Shown here piece after piece: positions 13,141 through 25,235 of a DNA stretch of 64,000 bases. The DNA comes from Octopus sinensis (lineage: Eukaryota). Made by a program: the position numbers and the translations under genes. Below the pieces are notes generated by a model, which searched no databases, was not told where the DNA came from, and saw only the letters and a list, made by a program, of their open reading frames with translations. Location of the stretch: NCBI RefSeq assembly GCF_006345805.1, contig NC_043004.1, positions 33,914,001 through 33,978,000 on the forward strand, read 5' to 3'. Each line of letters opens with the position of its first letter. Position 1 is the stretch's first letter.

Positions 13141-14117
13141 CATTATTTTTACAAAATTATAGAAAAAGTAGCCAAACATTTTATATACAGAAGAGAAAAA
13201 CCTCTGCTTCATCATTCAGTGAAGAATATTGTTTTAACCACAGGATAACTCTGATTGTAATGGATCTGTGAAAAAAGGCATTCCAGCCATGACCATTTTG
13301 TCTAATTCTTTTCAAGAAGTAATGAATTCCTAAGCGAACATTATAAAGTTATATAAACTTGCTTTATTTTTTTTTTCTTGAAGATAGAAATTTCATTTTT
13401 CTTTTTGTCAGGAAGATTTGGTTGCTCTTTCTAGCAACTCAAGCGACCAGGTAAAGGCTTTCTCGTTACCTTGTCTCATTCGCTTCGTCACCTATTATTT
13501 AGTCCTGAGTTGGATCTGATTGAACAGATATGATCAAAGATGTCCCAACTGTGACCATTCCATCTTTCTTTCCAGACATAATGGACTCTACGTGTATATC
13601 ACAGAATAGAGGTTTTTCTATTCTGTATATAAAAAAGTTTGGCTACTTTTTCTAGCAGGTCATGCAACCACATACAGGCTCCATCGTTGGTCTGGCTCAG
13701 TAATAATTTTGCTATTATTTAGCCTCAGATCAACCCTGATACAGCAAATCTATCATCAAAAACATTCCAGCCTTCAGCAAACCATCTTTTTAGGGATAAT
13801 ATAGGACATCACATACAATGGGCACGTGATTTAGGTAGGGGGATACTTTGGCTGCTATTTTTAGCTGCCGAGCATCTAGGTAGAGGCTCTCTCATTGGTT
13901 CGATTGCATGATGAGATTTTTTTACACATATATGTATGTATATATATCATCGGCAGAAGTTAGAGAATAAGTCAAAAGCTGAAAGTTTCGCGTATTGGCA
14001 CTTATCAAACACAAATTAGCCATTGTCACTCTGTAACTTCTGCCTATTATCAATGGGTGTGTGTGTGTATATATAAATATATATATATATATATAAATAT
14101 ATATATATATAATATAT

Positions 14118-14152
<35 letters not shown>

Positions 14153-14174
14153 ATATATATATATATATAATATA

Positions 14175-14566
14175 ATTTCAACAATATTAAGGAATGGCCC
14201 TGATAGGCCATTCTACTCACCAGAAAGAGCAGCCAAACTCAAACCGCTAAATAGTTGTAATTCTGAAACTAAAGGAGAAATAAAAAGAGTTACCCTTATC
14301 ATCTTTGGACTATGCATAGTTTCAACATATATTTTCCTTGGCTTCTTTGCTGACGAGACAGGCCAGTTGTAAACAAATTTAATTTAATTTAATTTAATTG
14401 GTTTACCAAAGTGTCGAACTTATGCATAGTCCAAAGATGATAAGGGTAAATGTTTTTATTTCTCCTTTAGTTTCAGAATTACAACTATTTAGCGGTTTGA
14501 GTTTGGCTGCTCTTTCTGGTGAGTCGAATGGCCTATCAGGGCCATTCCTTAATATTGTTGAAATTA
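14175..14566. mobile_element. Foldback element with ~150-bp arms embedded in (TA)n
   Basis: caacaatattaaggaatggccctgatagg...ggactatgcata versus tatgcatagtcc...cctatcagggccattccttaatattgttg. Confidence 0.9.
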
Positions 14567-14655
14567 TATATATATAGTCTGTGACTATTTTTTCTTTCTC
14601 ACTAGACCGCTGGTGGCGAAAAATTTTTCTTAAATTTTTTGCTACCTTTATATTG

Positions 14656-14692
<37 letters not shown>

Positions 14693-14696
14693 GAGC

Positions 14697-14832
<136 letters not shown>

Positions 14833-15192
14833 GGACACATTCTCATATACGTTGCTATAAAAACATCTCTGGTTATTAAAGAAGGGTTTTGGTAGGGGAG
14901 ATTTTCATTTTAAATTTTTCTGTTGTCGAAGATTCATCGTTTTGTCAATAGACCCAAAAGATGTTGTTTGCAAACAGAAGCAGTAACTTTCTTCAGTTGA
15001 ATACGTTATTCATTGGTTAAAATTACCCAAATACGACAACTTTAACACGAAATAACTTCTTGAGGCAAATGAAATCGAATTTGATTTTGATTTCACTTGC
15101 CTCAACAGGTCTTTGCAAGCTGAGTTTAGTGTCCAATGAAAGAAAGGTATGCATAAGTGGGCTGGTTACACTCCTGGCATAGGCCACAAGGT

Positions 15193-15219
<27 letters not shown>

Positions 15220-15226
<7 letters not shown>

Positions 15227-15302
15227 GAATTAGAGATAAAACCACTATTATGCAACTCAAACAGTGATAGACATAAACCAAAACATAAATAACAAATAAT
15301 AT

Positions 15303-15344
<42 letters not shown>

Positions 15345-15586
15345 AGTAGTTGAATGAATTATCTTAGTATGGATAATTCGGTTAACCGATACCTGGGTAG
15401 CAAATTCACCTCAGAAAAACATGGTTGAAGCTACATGCCAAGGGCGGAGATCACGTGCTTTCGTGTGGAAATTTGTGTGTTTTTTTAATACAAATAAATG
15501 AAAGAATGGAGTTGAACGACGATTTAACAAAATTCCTTTATTCTCGACATATGTTTTGAAGGTTGCATGTTCCTAATTTCGAAGGA

Positions 15587-15626
<40 letters not shown>

Positions 15627-15820
15627 CTTCGAAATTAGGAATATGCAGCCTTCGAAACATATGTCGAGAATAAAGGAATTTTGTTAAATCGTCGTTCAAC
15701 TCCATTCTTTCATTTATTTATATATATATATATATATACATACATATTATTTGTTATGGTTAATGTCTATCACTGTTTGAGTTGCATAATAGTGGTTTTG
15801 TCTCTAATTCATATTTTATA
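15220..15820. mobile_element. Nested foldback: outer arms 15220-15300/15745-15820, inner arms 15492-15592/15622-15720 around (AT)n
   Basis: Both pairs of inverted arms are directly visible. Confidence 0.9.
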
Positions 15821-17779
15821 TGTTTATACTGTGAAATTTGATTTAATACTAAATTGAATTTTTCCCTGTCCCTACATCCATAAGGCTACCACTTTGAAAC
15901 CTTCACAATCTCATTTTAAAAATAAACTGTTGTAATGATGTGTAGGTTGTGCATTTGGCAGTAAGTAAGAAAAGGTTTTGGAAATAGCTTTATAATTGAT
16001 AAAATCATCAATGCTGGATATAAAATGATATAACAGTTGATCTTGATAGGTTTTATGATGTCCTGAGTCATTTGTTGCTGATTTGCAGATATTCGGGTTT
16101 GGTCTATTGATCTATTGCTAAAGTCTTTCCATCTTTGACCATCCTGTCTTATTGAGACACAAAGTATTTATGATTGTGTCATCTAACACTTTCTCCTTTC
16201 AAGATGTTAGCATGTGATATGATAGAAATTTGGCTGCTATCTCTGGCAATCAATTAACCACATGGAAGTCCTTTCATTATCTTGCACATCATTATGTGAA
16301 AATAAAGGTAAACAGTATTTTACATAGATGTGTATACCAGGTGACCCTATTGTATCTGATATGTTTAACTCTAGCTTTTCAGTTTCACCATTCCTGAAGA
16401 ACACATGCCACACGTTGAATCTATCCAGAAACCCAAACTGAACCAAAGTCTTCATCCTTCAGATGTTTGTAGTTACCATGATTTAAGTATCCTCCACAAA
16501 CGCAATATTCTTTTAGTGTGCGATATGTGAGCAATTTAAGTGTATATTTAATGAACAAAGAAAATGTATGGTAATCTTTTTCAGCTGATGCTTTCTCACT
16601 GATGATAAGTCTCCAAGAGAATCGGCAGACATACACACATACACACACAGCACAGCATACGCGCATGCATGCACTACAGACTGTCAGAACTCAGTGAAGT
16701 AATGCTTCATGTGTAATACATTTCATGCTTGCAGGCAGAATGAATTATGTCTGAAGCCATGCAGTAGATAAAATAGAAATCTTAGTGGCTGAGTCTAATC
16801 AATTATTTAGAACTGGTCACAGAACACAATGCTTATTTTGGCTGATAAAGCTGTAATTATCTTTAGCAGATGCATTGAAATCATCTGAGGTTTCAATGCG
16901 TTTTTAACGACAAATCTCCATCACTTATCATTCCTTCCACACTGTACACCTTACCAGGCACCACACAGAAATTTGGCTACATCTCTAATTTAGAACTGGA
17001 TTGGATTAACTCTTTATTCACGATTCTCCATTTCTAGTTTGAAAGCAAGAGAAATTTGTCTTGTTGCTTCTATCAAAACTCTTATCTTATTCTCTCATAT
17101 ATCCTTTATCTGAAGACAAGTTTGGTCTGTGCCTAATAGAATTCTATGTTACTCATGAGTTCGGAATTAAAGATAGAACACCAGATTATTTTGTATAAAT
17201 TTATTTTTGCTGTTACTTATTGTTGTGGTTGTTGTTGTAGCTGTTATTGTTGGTATAGTTGTTGTTGTAATATGAGTCGATATATATTTATAAAAATAAA
17301 TTCCAATAGAATATTGCTATGCACATGCATTATGTATTCCTGAATATTTGAGAGAGGGTACAGAGGTCTCCAGAAAATATCGTATTAGAAATTATATTGC
17401 TGCTTATAAATACATCCTTTCTGACCTTAGCTCTGATGGTTGAAATAAACTAAGGAAATGAAGAAATTTCTGGAAGATGTTTATATGAAGGCTAAAAGTA
17501 AAGTAATAACTAACAGTTGTTAAATAAGGAACTCTCCACTTCTGTTTGGGAGAGTTCTTTGTTAATTTTGGTGATGATGATTCAGTTGTTTAATCAACTC
17601 ACTGAAATACTGTAAAAGTGGCTGTGTATTCCACAGACATATGTAGCCTTCATTAGTATGATGCAGTGCTTCAGGTCAGTTGCTGCACATGTTGCCTATA
17701 TCCAGAACAAAGTCAGAAACTTACAGAACAATGTCTTACAGAACAAAGTCAGAAATAAAGAGGTTAGGAGAGGAGCAGG

Positions 17780-18045
17780 CATGAAAAGTTTGCAGGACAT
17801 GGTGACTAATCTGAGGTTATAGTTAACTGGCCATGTTCTTTGATTCCTTCAGGAGGGACTTGATACCATCATGATGGAGTGGACACCGGAAGGAGGAAGA
17901 AAGAGTGAATGGACGACCAAGGAAGACATCGCACACGATATTTTGGATCACCATGATAGCATTTGGAATTGGCCTAAGAGGAGCCAGGTGGAAGGTAAGT
18001 AACTGGGGTGTCTGGCAAAAGCTCGTTGCTCATTCTGCTGACCAT
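17780..18045 (+). pseudogene. RTE LINE 3' relic
   Basis: LTGHVL...MEWTPEGGRKS.GRPRKT matches the RTE C-terminal motif. Confidence 0.6.
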
Positions 18046-18820
18046 GCTGGCTGATCTAAGGACTGAGAACTATTGTACCCTTAATAGAATTCTCAGGCAA
18101 AACCAGTATAAAACTCAATATGTGACAAAGATGTATCTTTTGAATTGCAGATACAATCCATCTGACAAGCTTCTGTACAGTTTCCTTAAACCCTATTTTA
18201 CTCACAAGGCAGAATTCAACCTGAGGCTGTAGAAAATAACATTTGCCCAAGAAGTTATGCAGTGGGATTGAACTGGAACATTGTAGTTGTGAAACGGACT
18301 CCTTAATAATTGAGCCATCCTATGCCCTCTCTGGTTCTATTCTTGCAAGCAATCAGAAATGAAAGTAGAGATCTGCTGTCAACTAATTAACTTGGTTAGC
18401 ACTGGAATTTGTGCCAACCATAGAACTGGATTGATTAATACCTTGTAAGTGGAATTCTGCAGAAGACCATTACATATCACTATAAATAATATAAATATCA
18501 GAAAAAAAAAGTGGATTTGGTTCATGGAAACTGAAAGAAATCTATTGTGTGTGTATGTATATATATATATAAATATTAATATTAGGGAAGTTATTTCCGA
18601 GTCATCCACAGAGGAGAGAAGTTCAATTTAGAGGTACTATAACGAATTTCCTACTATATTATATATATATGTATATATATATGTATGTATGTATATATAT
18701 ATGTATATATATATGTATATATATATGTATATATATATGTATATATATATGTATATATATATGTATATATATATGTATATATATATGTATATATATATGT
18801 ATATATATATATAATATATA

Positions 18821-19535
18821 AGTTTCTTTATTGGCCACACAGGGCTGCACACAGATGGGACAAATTACAAGGTAGAGCTTTTCTTTTGGGGGTTGGAAAA
18901 ATAAATGGGGTAGGTTTTCGATCAAAAGGGATTGTAAAAGGGAAAAAGGGAAAAAGAAACAAAAGGAAAAGAAACAAAAGAAAAGAAAAAAGAAAAAAGA
19001 AGAAAAAGAGGAAAAAAGGGGAAGAGGAAAAAACGATCAATAGGGATCGTGTATCACAGTGTCATGATGTACGGTGTAAAGGGGGAAGCAGATAAGGTTT
19101 ATCCATGGGAAGAAAAGCCTACGAAAAAGACCACGGTAACCTCGGTCAATATTGTTATATGTTACCACATTTGTTTGCAAGTGGGTAACCCTCTGTTTTC
19201 AATTTCTGGGTTCATAGGATTATGCTCAAGGTGGCTTCGTCATTCATACGTGCCATCCTTGCTACATTTACCCATCTTTTTTTAAAACATTCGCTGGACA
19301 AAACTTATCTCTCTACTCTCACTTTCCTTTTCAAGTGGTACTTGAAGAAGTTGACGAGAGATTGACCAGAGAGGAAAGTGTTTGTCTCCAATCCTTTCAG
19401 ACGCGTCCACCAGATACATTCTTTTGCCATAGCCACAAGGAGGATGAAAATAGCTCTACCTTCCCGTTTGGAGGAAGGAGGTGTCACAATATTGACGATA
19501 GACTCAGCTGATAAACCGACTCATCCCACACGTGA
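18821..19535 (-). mobile_element. 5'-truncated Tx1/L1-clade LINE (3' end)
   Basis: VTPPSSKREGRAIFILLVAMAKECIWWTRLKGLETNTFLSGQSLVNFFKYHLKRKVRVER; same 3' UTR and AATAAAGAAAC end as the copy at 59386. Confidence 0.85.
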
Positions 19536-19814
19536 GATAGATAGATAGATAGGTTTCAGAAACAGAATCACCATCAAGCAACTCAATCATCATTGAACGA
19601 CATTATCCACGATAGGTACATATAGGACTAAATATTAAAATTATCAAAATTAATATTAGGGTCTAGATAATGTAAAGTATATGATTTGGAATAAGATTTG
19701 AAGGTATTAATTTTGATGATTTTAATATTTAGTCCGATATGTACCTATCGTGGATACAATGAGGATTGAGTTGCTTGAGGGTGATTCTGTCTCTTAAATC
19801 TATCTATCTATCTA

Positions 19815-19815
<1 letters not shown>
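19536..19815. mobile_element. Foldback element bounded by (GATA)n on the left and (TATC)n on the right
   Basis: cagaatcaccatcaagcaactcaatc...aaaattaata versus tattaattttgat...gattgagttgcttgagggtgattctg. Confidence 0.85.
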
Positions 19816-19867
<52 letters not shown>

Positions 19868-19899
19868 AGAGAGAGAGACAATATATATATATATATATA

Positions 19900-19931
<32 letters not shown>

Positions 19932-19944
19932 ATGTATATATATA

Positions 19945-21945
19945 AAAAATATATATATATGTATGTATGTATGTATATATGTATGTATATGTATGTGTGT
20001 CTTTGTGTCTGTGTTTGTTCCCCATCACTGCTTGACAACTGATCTTTGTGTATTTACGTCCCTGTAACTTAGTGGGTTGGCAAAAGAGATCAACAGAATA
20101 AGTACCAGGGTTTTAAAAAAATGTACTGGAGTCGATTCCTTTGACTAGAATTCTTCAAGATGGTACTCCAGCAAGGCCACAGTCTAATGAGTGAAACAAG
20201 TAAAAGATAAATGATAAAAGATGACCCTTGTGATACTTGTCCTGCAGTAAGTTATATAGACACTCCCTTGTCACTCTTAATGCCAGAAATGCAGTGAACC
20301 AGTGATTCATCTATTGAACACCTGTAATTACCAACGTTGTTGTTCCCTAATTGCAGTTTAAAGTTAACAAATCACTCATTGTCTCTGTAATGCTCAATGA
20401 AATATAATTTTGACGGTGAAATAATATTCTGTTTTTATACAATGTTCAATGGTTATGTAATGTTTTAATTTTCTGAAATATTGAGTTGAAATAACAAGAA
20501 ATAAGAAATCTTCATGCACATTTCTGACTGTTCCTTCTGACACATGGAGATCTTTTGCAATTGATCTCGTGGACTTTCTGGGATTGTAATCAATGGTCTG
20601 TTGAACTTGTCGGATAAATTCAAGTGTTCTGATGATCTCTGAGCATTTAGAATGCTTTTTATGCTTTGGTACTGGTGATATGCATCCATCTGCAGTCTCT
20701 ACCTCCTTACAAACTTTGCAGATGAAAGATCTGGCAACTTTTAAAACTCAAGATATTTCTAAGTCACTATGCTCAGCCTTTATAACTACAATAACAGCAT
20801 GCCTCTTCATTTCTTGAGTAAACTGAGTGTCTACCAGTATTATTTTCTGAAACAAGGATTATACAGAGTTAGCAAAAAATGTATGCACCCTATATATATA
20901 TATATATATCACCACTCGTGTTCGACATCTCCTTTTTTTAAATATATATATATATGTATGTATGTATGTATATATGTATGTATATGTATGTGTGTCTTTG
21001 TGTCTGTGTTTGTTCCCCATCACTGCTTGACAACTGATCTTTGTGTATTTACGTCCCTGTAACTTAGTGGGTTGGCAAAAGAGATCAACAGAATAAGTAC
21101 CAGGGTTTTAAAAAAATGTACTGGAGTCGATTCCTTTGACTAGAATTCTTCAAGATGGTACTCCAGCAAGGCCACAGTCTAATGAGTGAAACAAGTAAAA
21201 GATAAATGATAAAAGATGACCCTTGTGATACTTGTCCTGCAGTAAGTTATATAGACACTCCCTTGTCACTCTTAATGCCAGAAATGCAGTGAACCAGTGA
21301 TTCATCTATTGAACACCTGTAATTACCAACGTTGTTGTTCCCTAATTGCAGTTTAAAGTTAACAAATCACTCATTGTCTCTGTAATGCTCAATGAAATAT
21401 AATTTTGACGGTGAAATAATATTCTGTTTTTATACAATGTTCAATGGTTATGTAATGTTTTAATTTTCTGAAATATTGAGTTGAAATAACAAGAAATAAG
21501 AAATCTTCATGCACATTTCTGACTGTTCCTTCTGACACATGGAGATCTTTTGCAATTGATCTCGTGGACTTTCTGGGATTGTAATCAATGGTCTGTTGAA
21601 CTTGTCGGATAAATTCAAGTGTTCTGATGATCTCTGAGCATTTAGAATGCTTTTTATGCTTTGGTACTGGTGATATGCATCCATCTGCAGTCTCTACCTC
21701 CTTACAAACTTTGCAGATGAAAGATCTGGCAACTTTTAAAACTCAAGATATTTCTAAGTCACTATGCTCAGCCTTTATAACTACAATAACAGCATGCCTC
21801 TTCATTTCTTGAGTAAACTGAGTGTCTACCAGTATTATTTTCTGAAACAAGGATTATACAGAGTTAGCAAAAAATGTATGCACCCTATATATATATATAT
21901 ATATATCACCACTCGTGTTCGACATCTCCTTTTTTTAAATATATA
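19945..21945. repeat. 995-bp near-identical tandem duplication
   Basis: Identical ORFs at 20465/21460 and 20632/21627; the only difference I saw is TA-run length. Confidence 0.95.
20510..20895 (-). pseudogene. DD37D/maT-like transposase N-terminal (HTH) relic with TIR remnant; duplicated at 21505-21890
   Basis: EMKRHAVIVVIKAEHSDLEIS*VLKVARSFICKV...IDYNPRKSTRSIAKDLHVSEGTVRNV; tatagggtg resembles the TACAGGGTG TIR start. Confidence 0.7.
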
Positions 21946-21954
21946 TATATTTAT

Positions 21955-22011
<57 letters not shown>

Positions 22012-22012
22012 G

Positions 22013-22250
22013 GAGTGGCTATGTGGTAAGTAGATTGCTTACCAACCACATGATTCCAGGTTCATTCCCACTGCATGGCACCTTGGGCAAGTGTCTTCTA
22101 CTATAGCCTCGGGCTGACCAAAGCCTTGTGAGTCGATCTGGTAGACGGAAACTGAAAGAAGCCCGTCATATATATGTATATATATATATGTATGTGTGTG
22201 TGTATATGTTTCTGTGTCTGTGTTTGTCCCCCCCAACATTGCTTGATGGG
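22013..22250 (+). mobile_element. SINE family A, 5' two-thirds
   Basis: ggagtggctatgtggtaagtagattgcttaccaaccacatg... Confidence 0.85.
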
Positions 22251-22399
22251 GGAATGTTGCATGAAGTCATATGTCTAGGTGCATATAAGATTAGAAATAA
22301 CATTTATTACTGTATATCAAAAAGATTGTTAGTGGGAGCATAATTGAACATTAGGCTTAAGAAAATCTGAGTTATAATGAGCTCTGTACATCTACATTG

Positions 22400-24600
22400 T
22401 GATGGGCACTGTTCCTTCCAAACTTTACCCATGTGAATACACATTCATGTTTTACTAATGACAAGACAGTAATGTGTAAAGAAAAGGTAAGCACTCTAAA
22501 ATATTGTGGGAATTAATGATTATATTTTATTGAAAATAACCTCTTAACTGAGTGTTTCTATTAATCAGTTAATCAGTTTTTCAATGACCACATTTTCACA
22601 TTATTAATTTACATCATGATACCTTTCTTGTTCCAGCTTGTTCCAGTTGCAGCCTGGCTAAACCATGTTTAGTTCACTGGATCTGTATCATAAAGATTGA
22701 AAATATCTGTTTCAAATTCTGTAAATGACTTTCCGAGATTTTATTAATAAGCAAACAAAAAGATCAGTGTATCAGAAACAAAAGAAGTAAAAATTACAAA
22801 AGAACTGCAAGTTTCTTTAAAGTTGAATAACTTAACAAAATAGCAGAAAGTGCTGCACCAAATGCTTCTGAAATCATGAATGTTCAGCTGCAAGAAATAT
22901 TTGTGTCTGATTCCTGATCTGAAGTTATTGGCTTACATAATCAGAATGTAAAAGTTGTTAAAGAATTTTATGGAGGAAAGGGGTGAGATGAAATCTGGAA
23001 ATTTTACTGTTTTTTTAAAAAGTTTTCATTTGGCAAATTTATCGCATTTGGATAGTGTTGAGAAGCTGAGGTAAAAGAACTCATCATTCCCTGATACAGG
23101 AGTGCTACGTAGGTTGCATGAAAGTGCAGATCAATGAGAATGAGAACGGTCAGAAGTGGAAGACATAAAAATTCTTACCAACAATGTGTTGGTAGTCATT
23201 GAAACAAATAACATTTCTGTATCAGTTCAACTCTTTAATCAACATATGGTAGAATTCCCAGATAGCTGGCAAAGCAAAAATTTAGTGTTTGAATTATTTC
23301 TGTAGATTATCAAGCATATTGTTCTGAAAGACATGATTGAAGAAATAACTTCAACAGATTTTTCACAAATTAACTGTTGATGAAACCACAGACACGTCTG
23401 TCAACAGACATCTCCATCTCTACTTCAAAGGTCACATTTAAAAATTGTATTATTCTTTTTGTTCAAAATACTTCAGCTGCAGACATTCACTTCTACTTTA
23501 GCAATCAAGTTGTTTTACAAAGAGAAGAAACTTGTTCTTCATAAACGAGTGATGTTTACATCTGATGGTGCATTACTAATGTTGGGCAGAATCAATGTTG
23601 CCACAATAATACTGAAACAGGATATTTTACATGTTAATCATGTGTGTATCCCACTGAAGATCTGTGGATTTGTGTTGCATGGATAGAAGTCAAGTTAATA
23701 AGAGACTTTGAAACTTTAATGAGATCGATCTATTATGCGTTTCCTTGATGTGAAAGTAAAGAATGTCTAGTTACAGACATTGTAGAGGCTACTGTAAATG
23801 AAACTCTTGCTTTCAAACCATTTAATGAAGTCAGATGGTTATCTAGATAGAATGCATGTATTTCAGGCAACAATAAAAAAGATTATGAGGCTCTAATTAC
23901 TTGCTTTCAAGAAGCTATGTAAAATGAACCTGTTGCTAAACACTCACACAACAAATTGATAAATGTCACATGTGGAGTAACTTTCCAGGTTTTAAGTAAT
24001 GTTCGTTTGAAGAACTAACTACACTGTTGGATTCTGCAAAAAGAGTATTCCTGACAAAAGTCCTTTGTTTTGTGAGACAAAGGCAAACGTTTTACTAAAT
24101 CAAAATTATGAAGTGAACTTAATAAAATAATGTCACTGCTGACTTTTAGAGATCGTCTGCGTGCAGTTTTGGAAGAAAGATGTCTTGAAGATGAGACACA
24201 AGAATGGCCAGCTTTCCATTCCTTCACTATTGCAAACTGTGGCTTTTTTTTTCTGCTGAAGATACCATAACAGGTAGCTTAATGAATCAAACTTTTCCAT
24301 GTAAAAAATAAATTAAACACAAAACTGTGGAATTTGTATTTCAAAATGAACAGTTTTGTATCTTTGCTAAGTTGATGGATATTGAAAGAAGTCTGTGTGC
24401 ATCTAGTGTTGACTATGGAGAAGGTTTTAGTCTAATTGTTGACTCAGTGATAAGGTAAAAGCCAAAACTGTTTAGGCGAATGTTATATGGATATGCTTAG
24501 GAGAATCAAAAGCTATCAGTCGAATAAAAGTTCTGTTTGTCTAGATGAAGTTTAAAAAGAATAGATAAAAGTCAAAAACAGAAAATAGAAACAAAAAGCT
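22400..24600 (+). pseudogene. Highly decayed hAT (ZNF862-like) transposase
   Basis: Motifs in order: LTVDETTDTSVNRHL (23371), MFTSDGALLMLG (23551), FKPFNEVRWLSR (23810), ASSVD..EGFSL dimerisation motif (~24405). Confidence 0.7.
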
Positions 24601-24774
24601 ATTGATATGTTACTCTGAGCAGTTTTATATAAATATTATATAAACCTACTTAAACTGTGCTACACAGGAAAATTCTCTCATTAAGCTTCTGGACAGTTTG
24701 TCAACAGACTTTGTAAATGAATAGGTTTTAATTTTACCATTTCCAGTAATTTTTACTGTGTGGCTTCAAAACAA

Positions 24775-25235
24775 CAGAAAAGCGGTATGAACATAAACCA
24801 GAGACCATTGTAGAAAATGCGAAATACAGACTCTTGTGGGACTTCCCCATAAAAATTGACTATATTATTGAATCAAGAAGACCAGATGTGATTATTGAGG
24901 ACAAAATAAACAGTGTAAGATCATAGATTTTGTAATTACCTGCAATAATAAAGATGACACCAAAGAAATTGAAAAGTTGAGAAATATCTGGATCTAGCCA
25001 AAGAACTAAAAGGAGTGTGGAAGAGTAAGACAATAATTATTCCTGTAGTATTTGGTGCACTTGGCTCAACATCCAAAATGCTACCTAAAAGACCAGAAAA
25101 TATTAGAATTAAAGCTTACATTGTTGACCTGCAGACAAATACCATCTTATATTCTGTAAGAGTCCTAAGAAAGATTCTTGAAATTTGAGGAGACTTGTTG
25201 TCAACAAACCTCAAGATAACATTCCTACTAACTAA
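24775..25235 (+). pseudogene. R4/Dong-type LINE restriction-like endonuclease 3' fragment
   Basis: YEHKPETIVENAKYRLLWDFPIKIDYIIESRRPDVII...KYLDLAKEL...IIPVVFGALG...LRKILEI*. Confidence 0.8.
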
